A program made the translations under genes and the position numbers. The notes below the pieces were generated by a model. That model saw nothing but the letters and a program-made list of their open reading frames with translations, was not told the origin of the DNA and made no database searches. This document shows positions 8,101-18,800 of a DNA stretch of 64,000 bases, one piece after another. The stretch lies in IMG/VR virus record IMGVR_UViG_3300025011_000017; one strand, 5' to 3'. Within the stretch, counting starts at the first letter, position 1. Each line of letters opens with the position of its first letter. The DNA is from a virus (Duplodnaviria; Heunggongvirae; Uroviricota; Caudoviricetes).

Positions 8101-11036
8101 TTTAAACTTGCTAATAAACTACCTGCCTCTGTACTATCAATAGAGTTATCTGATGCGGCAGTTACCATTGCCTGTCTCATATTTTCAATAATTTTGGTTA
8201 ATCCGCCAACAACATCATCTATATAGTTTTTGGCAACATCAGCAATAACTTTAAGCAAAGATATTTTAGCGTCATAATATGCTTTAAATATATTTTGAAA
8301 ATATACGCTATCGACCATAGAAGACACTTTCATATTTACTAAAATTGGATTAACATATGCTTCAAGACTATTATAAGCAATTTCATGTGTTTCCATAGCA
8401 ACTCCAATTGCAGGATAATCTGTTTGACTATATGCTTCTGCTTCTAATAATACTTCATCTTTTCCACCTTGAATTAAACTCCACTCTCTTTTAACAACAG
8501 CTTTTTCTGATGCTTTTACTACTCCATCTTTTGCAATCTCAGTTAATAATTTATTAGAATCGTCTGCTGATATTTGAGCTTGTTCAGCCGCAATTATGGC
8601 ATTTCTAGCAATAATAGAACTAGCACTTGCGATTCCGTGAGGTGTGCCATCAATTATTTTAGTGCTTATTTCAGCATAGGGAGATTTTATTCCACTATCT
8701 GAAAACATTTCTAATCCAGATCCCTTGTAAATTCCTGGAATTCCAATAAAAGCATAAGGAAATCTTCCAAATCCAGTGTCAGTTCCACTTCCTCCACAAT
8801 TAGCTATAGATCTTAATAAGTTTTCATCCCAACCAATAGAGTCGTATGATGCTAATACTACGATCACACTATCATCTAATCCATCTAATACATTGGCCAG
8901 ATCTAATCTATCTTGTGGTGCTTCATAGGTATTATAAATTACTGGTGGAGTTTTAATAGTTAAATCTGCTCTATTAATAATAGTTAATTCTAATCCTGTT
9001 CCAGATGAATGAGTACCTGAAACAGTTTTATTATTTAACTTTAATACACGACTTCCACTCCTATTATGACCAGTTCCTTTGCAATAAATTAAACCATCAA
9101 CAGAATATTCATTGCCATCTTCTTGTCTTTTAGCACCTATCGCATTAATTAATCTTGACTTTGTATTTTGAACAGCTTTAAACTTATTTAAAAGAGAAGT
9201 TCTTTCTAGAGCAGAAATATCTTTAGGATAAGTATATATTTCATCTGGTGGAATTCCAGTATATATTTCAAGTCCTACCCATAAAGTTAATTCATTTTCA
9301 AGTTCATCTAATGCTCTAGTGTAATCATTAGCTTCTGTTACAACTCCTAATTCTAAAGCAACTCTTATTACGTCATCACTTTCAGAACGTAATTGTTCCA
9401 TAGAATTAGCCATAGTATTAGCTTCAGACAAGGTTATTTTACTATCTTTAGAAAAATCTTGAACATCCATTTTAAAACTATTTATATCTATTCCTAAATC
9501 TACTAATAATTCACCAGTAGAATCTAATACCAAAGAATCTTTTTTATCCATAATAGCAATTTCTAATTTGTTTTTAGTTGTTTCCACTTTTCCAAAAGCA
9601 TCTGTTATTTCTTTGCGTTGTATTTTTGTGATTGTAGCAGGATATTTTATTAGTGTAATCCAATAATTAATTAAAACTAATAATTCATCTAATGCTAAAA
9701 CATATGCATTTTTTAATGTAGTTATATTAATTGTCATTATCTTAGGATCAATAGCCATTGCGATTATATCATTAGATTCTGTTTGAACTTGAACGAATGA
9801 TATTTCTAATGCTTTAGCTTCTGCTAATGTAATTACTCCATCACTTGAAAAATCATTTATTTGGTTTAATAATACTAAAATTGAATTATTTAATTCTTCA
9901 ATATCTCTAGCAAATTTATCAGATAATGTTTTATGAACAAATTCAATTTTAGTTAATAATGCAATTTTAGCATTATAATAATTATTAAAATATGCAAGAA
10001 AGTCTTCTCTAATTATTTCATTTGTTATAGTCATATCTAATAAAAGTGGTGTAATATAAGTCATCAAATCAGTATAATATTGTATATAAGTTAATTTCTC
10101 CACATGTGTATCACTATCATATAACTCTGCTTGTGATATTAAACTTGGATATTCTCTTTCTATCTCAATAATTAATGTTTTGACAACTTTCTTTTCTAAG
10201 GGTTCAAGCATACCATCGTCAGCTATATCTTTTAACTTCTTTTCAATATCTTCAATTCTATTTTTAGAAGATATTTCAATAGTGATTAATAAAATACTTC
10301 TGGCGTCATAATAATCATCAAAATGCTTAATAAAATCCTCTCTAATTATATCGTTCGTAATAGACATTTGATCTTCTGTTAACATGGGAGAAATATATTC
10401 ATCTAAGATTCTATATGCTTCGTCATATATTATAAGTTCTTCTGTTGTAGTTGTACTATATAATAAAGCTTGTTCGTCTAATTTTGGTTTTTCTTTAAGA
10501 ATAGAACCCCATAATATTTTAATAGTTTTCTTTTCTGATGGATCAAATTTATTATCGTCTGCTATATCTTTTATAATATCTTCTACAAACTTAGTTGTAC
10601 TTTTCCAATCAGCTTCATCAAAAAATTCCGTAGCTAATTTACTTATTATACAAATAAACAATTTCGAATCTTCTTGTATCCATAAATCACCTACCGAGTA
10701 AGGTGGATAAGGTTGTTCTGTAAATATTCTTATATTTAAATCTTCTTCTTCTTCTGAATTACCACTTACAATTTTTTTACAAAAAATAATTCTATCCAAT
10801 TGATTAAAGTTTACTTTCATTACCCAAACTTCATCATCTTTGGCAATATAAACTCCACTCATTATAGGTATATTTTCAATAAGATCCTTAGAACCATTTA
10901 TATATACATTTGCAAAACTTCCATTCACGGATTCAATTTTACCTGCTTCTAGAAATCCATTTAGTACATTTTTCATTTCTTTTTGAATAGTTTTTTTAAT
11001 ATGACTATTCAAAATACTAGCACCATCATATCCCAT
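5199..11036 (-). CDS. large tail spike/central fibre protein (1945 aa)
   Basis: N-terminal OB-fold-like segment, two PPYSVGDLW motifs, helical DDxxI/FxxxEK repeats, ILEI/PANDER-like domain, short collagen-like Gly repeats. Confidence 0.75.
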   Translation of the reverse strand: MGYDGASILNSHIKKTIQKEMKNVLNGFLEAGKIESVNGSFANVYINGSKDLIENIPIMSGVYIAKDDEVWVMKVNFNQLDRIIFCKKIVSGNSEEEEDLNIRIFTEQPYPPYSVGDLWIQEDSKLFICIISKLATEFFDEADWKSTTKFVEDIIKDIADDNKFDPSEKKTIKILWGSILKEKPKLDEQALLYSTTTTEELIIYDEAYRILDEYISPMLTEDQMSITNDIIREDFIKHFDDYYDARSILLITIEISSKNRIEDIEKKLKDIADDGMLEPLEKKVVKTLIIEIEREYPSLISQAELYDSDTHVEKLTYIQYYTDLMTYITPLLLDMTITNEIIREDFLAYFNNYYNAKIALLTKIEFVHKTLSDKFARDIEELNNSILVLLNQINDFSSDGVITLAEAKALEISFVQVQTESNDIIAMAIDPKIMTINITTLKNAYVLALDELLVLINYWITLIKYPATITKIQRKEITDAFGKVETTKNKLEIAIMDKKDSLVLDSTGELLVDLGIDINSFKMDVQDFSKDSKITLSEANTMANSMEQLRSESDDVIRVALELGVVTEANDYTRALDELENELTLWVGLEIYTGIPPDEIYTYPKDISALERTSLLNKFKAVQNTKSRLINAIGAKRQEDGNEYSVDGLIYCKGTGHNRSGSRVLKLNNKTVSGTHSSGTGLELTIINRADLTIKTPPVIYNTYEAPQDRLDLANVLDGLDDSVIVVLASYDSIGWDENLLRSIANCGGSGTDTGFGRFPYAFIGIPGIYKGSGLEMFSDSGIKSPYAEISTKIIDGTPHGIASASSIIARNAIIAAEQAQISADDSNKLLTEIAKDGVVKASEKAVVKREWSLIQGGKDEVLLEAEAYSQTDYPAIGVAMETHEIAYNSLEAYVNPILVNMKVSSMVDSVYFQNIFKAYYDAKISLLKVIADVAKNYIDDVVGGLTKIIENMRQAMVTAASDNSIDSTEAGSLLASLNQINVESASTINLANQLEIITETQNYQNALTALQEGLNPWLNQSSYPISISEVQKDEIQVLFQTAQDTKTILVNKITLTRDDGAKTYTDEAIIGFRDTIYASDKADMQQLLDGKVDCWFYNYDPTLLNVPYIDWKSKSVRNEHLGDLFLNMETNIAYRFIVTNKIYSWEIITDEDLTLSLIESSISGDTADRKRRIFVSVPKPPYSVGDLWTQGEEGDLLVCQVNKVKGSYIEGDFISSTKYTDDTVANMAKELANQAQLDANKANEEIAEVAKDTTFSISEKKTVRPIWDAIVAERANIIAQAQSYSVDTTSYLNYYNVLSSYITPMLNDITNKSPIVSATFKANFSNYYNSKNEILTTISNSAKTYVDTKTPIYSTLDNESTTITTDSLGNGGNYTGAISKIYIYKGGTDDTANWTVTTVASSGIVGYQSGKSYQVTNMVVDSGYVEFTAKQTGSSDIIKRYTLAKSKSGVIGKDATSYWLITDAPAIAKAVTGVYTPNTITITAKSQTGENSPVNYSGRFIIEDSVDGINYIVRYTGNINESTKTYSSFTAGIKTIRVSLYLAGGISTLLDQQVIPIISDGANGTIGSNGKTYILNITNGTRSVSYNSSGVNPTPAQSYFYCELYENGVYVSPSSYYWTSTGNLSGTSYSSYFLPTCSNTFNSSLQNSVSLSVVYAGITIKETVPIALVKDGATGQTGQTGASGSYVSNVFMRSSSQPTYPSGIYPSGWYDAPPTGTLPLWFSKATIQNGVLIVSWSYPVKLTGENGASGDSIIVEYSVNGSTSWHSTYATGDMYMHTKIGVYGTFGTAIKIVGEKGADGSKVAEGYIPLFNLDNSSYLSISYNSSYWKYLTHGSSSLTLSVNISSNNILYTVPSTWSIGTTFALEATMFSSISSDPAYLFLELWNGYGFTRKTSVEIYNTIASTVRSTPFTLSAGNQLIIGGGPSYSGHYTRLVKAGLIVYPV

Positions 11037-11054
11037 TAATAATTCCTCCTACCT

Positions 11055-12266
11055 TTAAAGTAATTTTCTTACTTTCCATCCTTCACAGGTCATTCTACCT
11101 TCCTTATTAATAGGAATAGTGAATTTTAAAAGCTGATATTTATCATTAGTTAAATGATTATTATCAATTAATTTAATTACATCTCCATCTTCATGCATGA
11201 AGTTAGGAATAATATTTATATTTTGTTTTTCAACAATTTGCAATCTTTTTCTTAATTCATAATCACTTCTTGCTTGAGCTAGTTCAACTGTTGTAATAAG
11301 TGGATCTGGTGTTCCATTATTATGTATATACAATCTCTCTCCAATATTATCAATTGAAGAAGGTGAAAGTATATCTGTATTTTGTGAAATTGCTGTAACT
11401 GTTCCAGACATCGAACTAGATCCTATAGTTAAAACTGAATTAAATAAATCTGTATCATCAAATTGTTTTTCGCTTCCAGAGTACAGAGTATAATCTTCTT
11501 TTTGATAAGTCCAACTCACAATATCATTTTCAGGATCAGGAAATTTCTTAAATCGTAACTCTCCATAAATATTATACCCTATATCCCAAGTCACAATATT
11601 TGCAAGATCTTTTACTATTTTTGATCTTTCTGTACCCATAGAAAAATTTAAATCATATGGAATTATTCCGTAAGGAATAGGTGGCTCTGTTCCAATTATA
11701 TAATCTTCAAGATCGTCAAAATTAAAATTAAACTCTACTCCATCAAGAACTAATTTAATAGCTTTAGCTATATTTAACCCTTTCTTTAAGGTTAATGCTT
11801 TAGATATTTTTCCCCATCTTCCCATTTTATCAGTGCCTTCAATACTTGCTTTAGGAGATTCTAAAGGATTTGAAGTCGCAGATATTTTAGTTAAAATAAA
11901 TACCCCTTGTGGTAAATATTCAATAGTGCTATCATCTAAATGTAGTCCAATATATATTTTAATCTTTTTATTAAACCAAATTGATTTTCCTATGCTTGGA
12001 ACTGGCGTAAATTTATTATCTGGATTATATAATGTCATAGAAAAATTTCTTTTACACTCTCTATCTTTATCTATACTAATACTTCCATCTATACAATATT
12101 GTGAAATTTCATCAATAATATTTTCATCTTTATCTAATAATTCTACTTTCAAGGAAGTTGTAAACTCTCCTGATTTTAATTTATTAATAAGAGCAAGAGA
12201 TGCCCTAATCATATTAAAGCACCTCCCCAATTTGTGAATAATTGCATTTAATTGTTGATATCTCAT
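11055..12266 (-). CDS. tail/baseplate hub protein
   Basis: Position after the TMP; GSISIDKDRECKRNFSMTL pattern typical of siphovirus hub proteins. Confidence 0.6.
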   Translation of the reverse strand: MRYQQLNAIIHKLGRCFNMIRASLALINKLKSGEFTTSLKVELLDKDENIIDEISQYCIDGSISIDKDRECKRNFSMTLYNPDNKFTPVPSIGKSIWFNKKIKIYIGLHLDDSTIEYLPQGVFILTKISATSNPLESPKASIEGTDKMGRWGKISKALTLKKGLNIAKAIKLVLDGVEFNFNFDDLEDYIIGTEPPIPYGIIPYDLNFSMGTERSKIVKDLANIVTWDIGYNIYGELRFKKFPDPENDIVSWTYQKEDYTLYSGSEKQFDDTDLFNSVLTIGSSSMSGTVTAISQNTDILSPSSIDNIGERLYIHNNGTPDPLITTVELAQARSDYELRKRLQIVEKQNINIIPNFMHEDGDVIKLIDNNHLTNDKYQLLKFTIPINKEGRMTCEGWKVRKLL

Positions 12267-13086
12267 CTGATTCTGGATGTCTAGTATAAGTTATATCATA
12301 AATATCCACTTTAAATATCTCCCCATTATCAGTTTTTAAAATTAATTTATTACCTTCAAATGATTCTAAGAGTCTTACTTGATCTATAAGATTAGTGTTA
12401 TTTTCATTTGTAATAATATCACATTGTAAACTTCCTACTTTATAATCAACAATATCTCTTCTTATAATTGGATATTTTGAAAAAGTTGTCATTTCGACTC
12501 TGTCTTTTTTACTTGCAAAAGTAACTTCTGGAAGATTGTATCTAAAATTAAATTGCTTTCCTTGATCAGTATCTATCAACCAAATTCCTTTAAATTTCAA
12601 TCTATTATTAATTTGTTCATATTTTCTTGTTACAATTCCATCAATAGCTATTCCTTCAATAATATAATCGTAATCTACATAATTTGATACTTCCCAATCT
12701 TCAAATCTATTCATTTTTACAGATGAATCATTCAATATCTCAGCAATTAAATTATATTGTATTTCAGTAGATCTTTTTTTATAAATAAACCATTTATAAA
12801 CATTCACATCATCGGCAAATAAATGTCCTCCTTCAAGACTAGAATCAAAATTAGCCATTAGTATAGTGTATATGTCCCATATTTCAGAAATTGTATTATT
12901 GAATATACTAACTATATCTGCATCTGATTTATCATCTAAGGTAACTTTAATTTGATCAAATATTGCATTCGCTTCATATCCATTTGATATCTCAGAACCA
13001 ACATATAGTTCACTCACTCCTTTAAGAATATAAATATCTGAGGAATATTCTGCAATACCATATTCTCCCATTCCATAAATAGACAT
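12214..13086 (-). CDS. tail-tip protein (C-terminal half of a LamG-like domain plus Dit-like region)
   Basis: GGAGGTG SD; LYVGS...ANAIFDQIKV motif. Confidence 0.5.
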   Translation of the reverse strand: MSIYGMGEYGIAEYSSDIYILKGVSELYVGSEISNGYEANAIFDQIKVTLDDKSDADIVSIFNNTISEIWDIYTILMANFDSSLEGGHLFADDVNVYKWFIYKKRSTEIQYNLIAEILNDSSVKMNRFEDWEVSNYVDYDYIIEGIAIDGIVTRKYEQINNRLKFKGIWLIDTDQGKQFNFRYNLPEVTFASKKDRVEMTTFSKYPIIRRDIVDYKVGSLQCDIITNENNTNLIDQVRLLESFEGNKLILKTDNGEIFKVDIYDITYTRHPESDEISTIKCNYSQIGEVL

Positions 13087-13105
13087 TAAAAATCACCTCC
13101 AATTA

Positions 13106-14095
13106 TTAACCAAATGCAAACCACATTGCAGGATAGTCTTTTGCAGGAGCAGGTAAGAAAAATCCATTAATATTTCCATCTGTTGCCGTTGTTCCTGATA
13201 ATCTTACTTGATAAGCATGACTATTATTTAAAATAATAGTATCTGATTCACCATAAGTTCCATTTCTTAGTCCATCTTTATGATATATTGTTGGATTACC
13301 ATTTAGATTTTTTGGATAAATTATTACAACTTTAGGCGTAAACGTTAGTCCAGTTTTAGAGTAATAATATTTAGCATCATCTCCAGTTGAAGTAGTATCA
13401 TAAGTAAAATTATATGTTATTGCTGAAGATTGAAAATTATCTGTAATTCCTCCTGATGCATAATTACCTTTAATGCAAGTTCCTTGTATACCAAATATAT
13501 TTTTCCCAACTACGATATTTTCTGGAATTAAATCTATATCTCCTTGAACTTTACTAGTTCCATCATCATATCCTAAACCAATAATTTGATCTGTTGTAGT
13601 AGGCATAATAGTTCTACCACTAAGATTAGGCATATTACCTGTCACATATCCACTATCGTTCATCGCTGTTTCCCCAACTAAAATATCTTTCGCTAAAGCA
13701 CTTCCTCCACCTCCTTCAGCCTGTAATATAAAATTTATACCATTATATCTAAAAGTGTAAATACTTCCTGCTTTTAAGTTACCTGCTCCAATATCATTTC
13801 CATTTGATCTCTTAACCGATTTTGTACCAAGTCCATTTATATTTACTGTTGAAGAACCTGTATTATCGACATTAATTTTAACTACTATTGCCATACCTTC
13901 TGTATAAGAAGTATAAGAAGGATTTGTTATTATATAGTTATTTGCTGTACCAGTAGTAGGAGTATAAATTCCTACCATATTTTCGAGTGCTGTTATAGAA
14001 TTTTGTAAAATATTTATATGAGAAGCGTTAATTTTCTCATTATTATTATCAGTATGAGTAGCAAAATAATCTATTTGTGATGGATAAACTGGCAT
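13106..14095 (-). CDS. tail fibre protein
   Basis: TGTANNY...NTGSSTVNINGLG...AGNLKAGSIYTFRYNG and A..ILxGxTA motifs of clostridial phage fibres. Confidence 0.7.
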   Translation of the reverse strand: MPVYPSQIDYFATHTDNNNEKINASHINILQNSITALENMVGIYTPTTGTANNYIITNPSYTSYTEGMAIVVKINVDNTGSSTVNINGLGTKSVKRSNGNDIGAGNLKAGSIYTFRYNGINFILQAEGGGGSALAKDILVGETAMNDSGYVTGNMPNLSGRTIMPTTTDQIIGLGYDDGTSKVQGDIDLIPENIVVGKNIFGIQGTCIKGNYASGGITDNFQSSAITYNFTYDTTSTGDDAKYYYSKTGLTFTPKVVIIYPKNLNGNPTIYHKDGLRNGTYGESDTIILNNSHAYQVRLSGTTATDGNINGFFLPAPAKDYPAMWFAFG

Positions 14096-15804
14096 TAATA
14101 ATCACCCCACTTATTTAATATACCATTGACACCTGTATATACCGAAGCTCCTAGTAAATTTTGTTTAATACAATAAAAAACAGGTTGACCATTAACTAGA
14201 CTTGTTACTGGTGAACCCAATGTTCTCATTCTTCCATCCACTAAAACTTCCAAAATAAACATATTATTAATATTATCATATTTAAATCTAAGATAATTAG
14301 ATACATCTTGATGTAAATATAATATTGTTTTTGTGTTTCCTTTTGGTATAAACCAATTTGTTATCGTAAATATTGAAGGAATAGATATATTCCAATGTAC
14401 TTTTTCTCCATATTGACTTACTTCAATACCTTTATCGTATTTAGCAGAATAATATCTAGGATCTCCAATTCCTATATAATTTGAAATACTTGGATTACTA
14501 TTATTAAAATCTATAAGTATCTTGGAATTTTCATTATCAGGAGTTACTATAAAATTATACTCACTAGATGATTGAATATAATCTGCGTAACACCTTCTAA
14601 GTTCTGATACTCCTTTAAGACCTTTAGAATTAATAACTTCAACCTGAATATTATAAAATTTTGATTGAATAAGTATATTTTTTGGCACTACTTGTAAATT
14701 ATAGCTATCTGTTAATATCTTACTGCTCCATACTAATTCTGATGTTTCAATACTGTATATTTTATACTGGTATGACGTTTGTAAAAGATCATCTTCATCA
14801 GTATAACTATGTCTTATTGTTGGCATTTCATTTTTTAATTGATAACCAGTTGTAGTATAGGGTGGATATACTATTTCGCATTTTGGTCTATAGCTTGTAT
14901 TAAATATAACCCAATCACTAAATTCTGATTGAAAACCAAAAGATGAAGGAGTTGTATAACTAGTTGGTGCAGAAGATTTACCTAATTCTAATTGAAGGTT
15001 ACTAAATAAAGTACTAATTCCTGATATGACTTCGCTTCCTGTACCACCAGTAATTGTTAAGTAAACTCTAATTTTTGTTGTAGCTTCATTAATTGCAGTA
15101 GATGTTACACTTATTCTTTTAAATGTATTTGCACTTGTAGCGTTTATTATTGTACTTTTTACTAAAGTATTTGTTATTGATGTAGTATTATTAAATTGTT
15201 CTATCTCTAATGTGGCTCCTCCACTACTAGGATAAGGAATAGGAATATTTACATATGCACTAAAACATAATTTTGTTACTCCATCTGAGTGAGGTATATT
15301 ATCTATGTCTATATCATAAAATATCTTACCTTTACTCGTAGTCTCTGTATTAGTTAATTTATAACTAAATACGTAACCATCATATGATATACCATTTACT
15401 TCCACCTTAAACGCTTCAGTATTAGTTGTACTTTCTAACCATCCTGTGTCAGCAAATACTTCATCACCTTTAGATGCTTTGTCGGTTGGAAATAAGTTTA
15501 CTTTAGTAGAACTATCTTTAACTCGTACTCTCCAAGCATATGTTTCACCATTATCAAAGGTATTTTTAGGAAATTCTACTGAAGAAGCTTCTCCTATGGG
15601 TATTATACTCATAATATATCCACTATCTACTAATACTGAATCTTCTGCAAGTTTTTTATACTGTATTTGATATGCACTTTGATTATCCGTTGGTGTTGGA
15701 TCTGTAAATAACCATGCAAATATATTAACATCATCACCGTCAATACATTCTCCACCCATCGGAAATAAATAACTTGGTTGAAATGGTTGCAAATATATCA
15801 CCAC
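14095..15804 (-). CDS. distal tail/baseplate protein with Ig/FN3- and CBM-like domains
   Basis: First gene after the TMP; beta-rich; YAWRVRVKD FN3-like motif; GTG start. Confidence 0.55.
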   Translation of the reverse strand: MVIYLQPFQPSYLFPMGGECIDGDDVNIFAWLFTDPTPTDNQSAYQIQYKKLAEDSVLVDSGYIMSIIPIGEASSVEFPKNTFDNGETYAWRVRVKDSSTKVNLFPTDKASKGDEVFADTGWLESTTNTEAFKVEVNGISYDGYVFSYKLTNTETTSKGKIFYDIDIDNIPHSDGVTKLCFSAYVNIPIPYPSSGGATLEIEQFNNTTSITNTLVKSTIINATSANTFKRISVTSTAINEATTKIRVYLTITGGTGSEVISGISTLFSNLQLELGKSSAPTSYTTPSSFGFQSEFSDWVIFNTSYRPKCEIVYPPYTTTGYQLKNEMPTIRHSYTDEDDLLQTSYQYKIYSIETSELVWSSKILTDSYNLQVVPKNILIQSKFYNIQVEVINSKGLKGVSELRRCYADYIQSSSEYNFIVTPDNENSKILIDFNNSNPSISNYIGIGDPRYYSAKYDKGIEVSQYGEKVHWNISIPSIFTITNWFIPKGNTKTILYLHQDVSNYLRFKYDNINNMFILEVLVDGRMRTLGSPVTSLVNGQPVFYCIKQNLLGASVYTGVNGILNKWGDY

Positions 15805-15837
15805 CTTAAATAAATTAAGAGGAGAAATTTTCTCCTC

Positions 15838-18800
15838 TTAATTAGAATTTTCTATTAATCCAAGACTTCTAAGATAATCTATAAATCCTTTAGATTCATC
15901 ATTAGTTAAACTTATTCCATCAATGCTAACAATATTATTAACTATCTTTACACTACTTCCCATATTAGGATTAGAATAATTAGCAGGTATATAAGCATTT
16001 CCTGCCAATCCACTAGCAAACGCTTCTTTTTCTGCTTTTCCTGCCTCAGAAGCATTCTTTATTCTTAAATCCCATAATTCTCTTACTGCTTTAAGTTCAA
16101 GTTTCATTGTTTCTATTCTACTATTAGCACCTGCGGTTTGAATTACTCCCAAAGCATTTTCTTGTGAAAATTGTTTATTTGTAATCATACTCCATTTTGT
16201 TACATATTGTGCCATTTCTTTTTCTTGAAGTTCTGGCAATTTAGTATCTAGATATTGTTGTTTGGCTTTTATTTCATCTGAGATAGCTTCTTTTTGAGAC
16301 TCTAAATCTTGTTGACGTAAAGTATCGTCCACTTCTTTTTGTGCTATTTCTTTTGCTTTATATAATTCTTGAACTTTACTAACATCATATGTTAAAGTTT
16401 TTTCTCCAGAAGCTAATATAACCTCATTATTTCTATTAAGTTTTTCTTTTTCTATATCATCTTGAGCTTGCGCTAATTTTAATTGTTTATCTCTTAAATC
16501 AGTTATTTGTTTTTCGATAGTTAATTGATCATTCATTTTTTCTAGCTTTGCTTGTTCTGCTTCTATATTACTTTTTGCTTTCTTTCTCTCATTTTCTTGC
16601 TTAGTAACTATAGCAGATATTTCAGCATAATCTTTTTGAATTTTGGTTATTTCTTCTACCGTTAAACCATATTCAACTAATTTATCATTTAATTCATCCC
16701 AATTAGAAATTTCATTTAAAATAGCTTCTTCGCTTTCACTAATAGTTCCTTCGTTTTTCTTTTTTGTAAGAGCTACAAATTGATCTGTTTTCTGTGTATC
16801 AACTCTTCTAAGGTCATCCATAAGACTATAAAAATCTGTAATTCTAGCTTTATAAGTATTCAATAATGATTCGAATAGTTCTTTCCCTGTTCCACTTGAA
16901 TCTGTATTCATAATGGTATTAAAATTTACTTTGGTTGAAATATCTCGTATTGAATTCTTAAAAGTTTCACTTACACTTTTTATTTTACTTTCAACTGCAT
17001 TAAAACTATTTTTCATTGTTTCTATAGGTTTATACATATCATTCCATTCTTTTTTCATCTTAGCTAAAATTGGGACTTCTGCTTCTGCAAGTTTAGAAGA
17101 TTTAGCTTGTAATTCATTAATTTCTTTAATTTTATTTTCTATAGCATCATATTCTCTAGTACCAACTTTAAATTTGTCTTGTTTTACTCTCCAATCAAGA
17201 ATACTTTTTTGTAGATCATTGTAAGCACCAAACAAATCATTTACATATGTTTCTTCAGTTTGTATTTTAGCACTTGAAGCGTCTGCTCCTGCTAAAAATC
17301 CTGCATGAAGCTTTGCTCCTGTGGCATCAAAATCTTCCTTACGTTTTTGTTGAGCAATTGTCACAGCATCTATATATTTATTTAGTTCATCTGTAAGTGT
17401 TTCCCAAGCTTGAGCTTCTCTTTCTGCCGCACTTTCAGCTTTACTTGCATTTGAATCAGCTTTAGATGTATTTACTCCGAATTGATCATTTGTAAACACT
17501 TGATTAATTAATTTATCCATATTTTCTTTTGCTTTTACTAATTTAATTATATTATCAGCGTCTTTTTGAAATTGTGCTATTTTTTTATTTTGTATCCCCG
17601 CATCTCCACTTTCTGACGCTTCTTCATATAATCTTTTTTGTCCTTCGGCTATTTCATCTTGAGCTTCAGCTAATGTCATTAATGCATCAATTTCTACTCC
17701 ATAAGCTTTTAATCTTGCTCCTACCCCATTTTGTGTTGCATTAACTTTTTCTATTTCTGCATTAAGCGATGTTTTCATTTCATCTATTCTTTTTAGACGA
17801 AGAATTTCTAAACCTGCTGTTGAAAAAGATATTTGTCCATTTTGAACAATCATCGCCTCTGTAAGATCTGGATATTTAAGTATTAAATCCATAATATTAC
17901 TGCCTTGAACTTTTATCCCATTATTATTATCACTTATTAATTGATTTATTTCTCCTAATTCGTTAGCTTGAGTTTTAATTTTTGTATTAAATTGTAAAGT
18001 TGCGTCTGTAAGATCTTTTATATCTTGGGTTGCAGTTCTTACATTAGGTATTTTAAATACTTTATTTAAAAATGATTGTCCATCTGAATCTGACATCTTT
18101 CCTTCATATTGGAGCAAATGTTGCAATCTTTCTGCAAGTTCGTCGTATCTTGTATTTAATTCATTTTGATTACTTCCAGAATCTCGCATTTTATTTAATT
18201 CTTCATTTGCACTTTTTAATTCATCAATAAAAGTAGAATTTTTGAGATTCGGTATTAATTTCTCCATATCTATATCTTTAGATTCTTTAAGAACATTTAT
18301 TAATGCATTTATATTTAACGCACCTAATTTTGCTCCATCGCTTGACTCGTCTAATGCTATTATCCAATCATTTAATGCTGTTTTTGACTTATCTAATTCA
18401 GGATATAGTTCACTTATTTCTTTGGTTACATTTTTAAGATTTGTATCATAATATAATTTCACAACTGGATTATTTTGGTTGTCTAAACTTCCTTTTTTAT
18501 ATGTTTCTCTTAACTTAATTAATTTTTGTAAATCTTCATTATTATCTTGATATTCTTTTCTTGTATCTTTACCAATACTGCTATTAATTAATTCTTGTTG
18601 TTTTGATTTTGCTAATTCTTTATTAAGAGCTATTTGTTCTCTTATCATATCTGAATTATCAGATATAGCTTTACCCTCTGCTGTATATCCTGTAGTAGTA
18701 TTTGGTAATATTTCTGCTAATTTAACTTTTAAATCAAGTAATTTTTGGCTATCTTCCGTGTTTAAAGTTTGATTATTCTGTTTTTCTTGTAATTCTTGTA

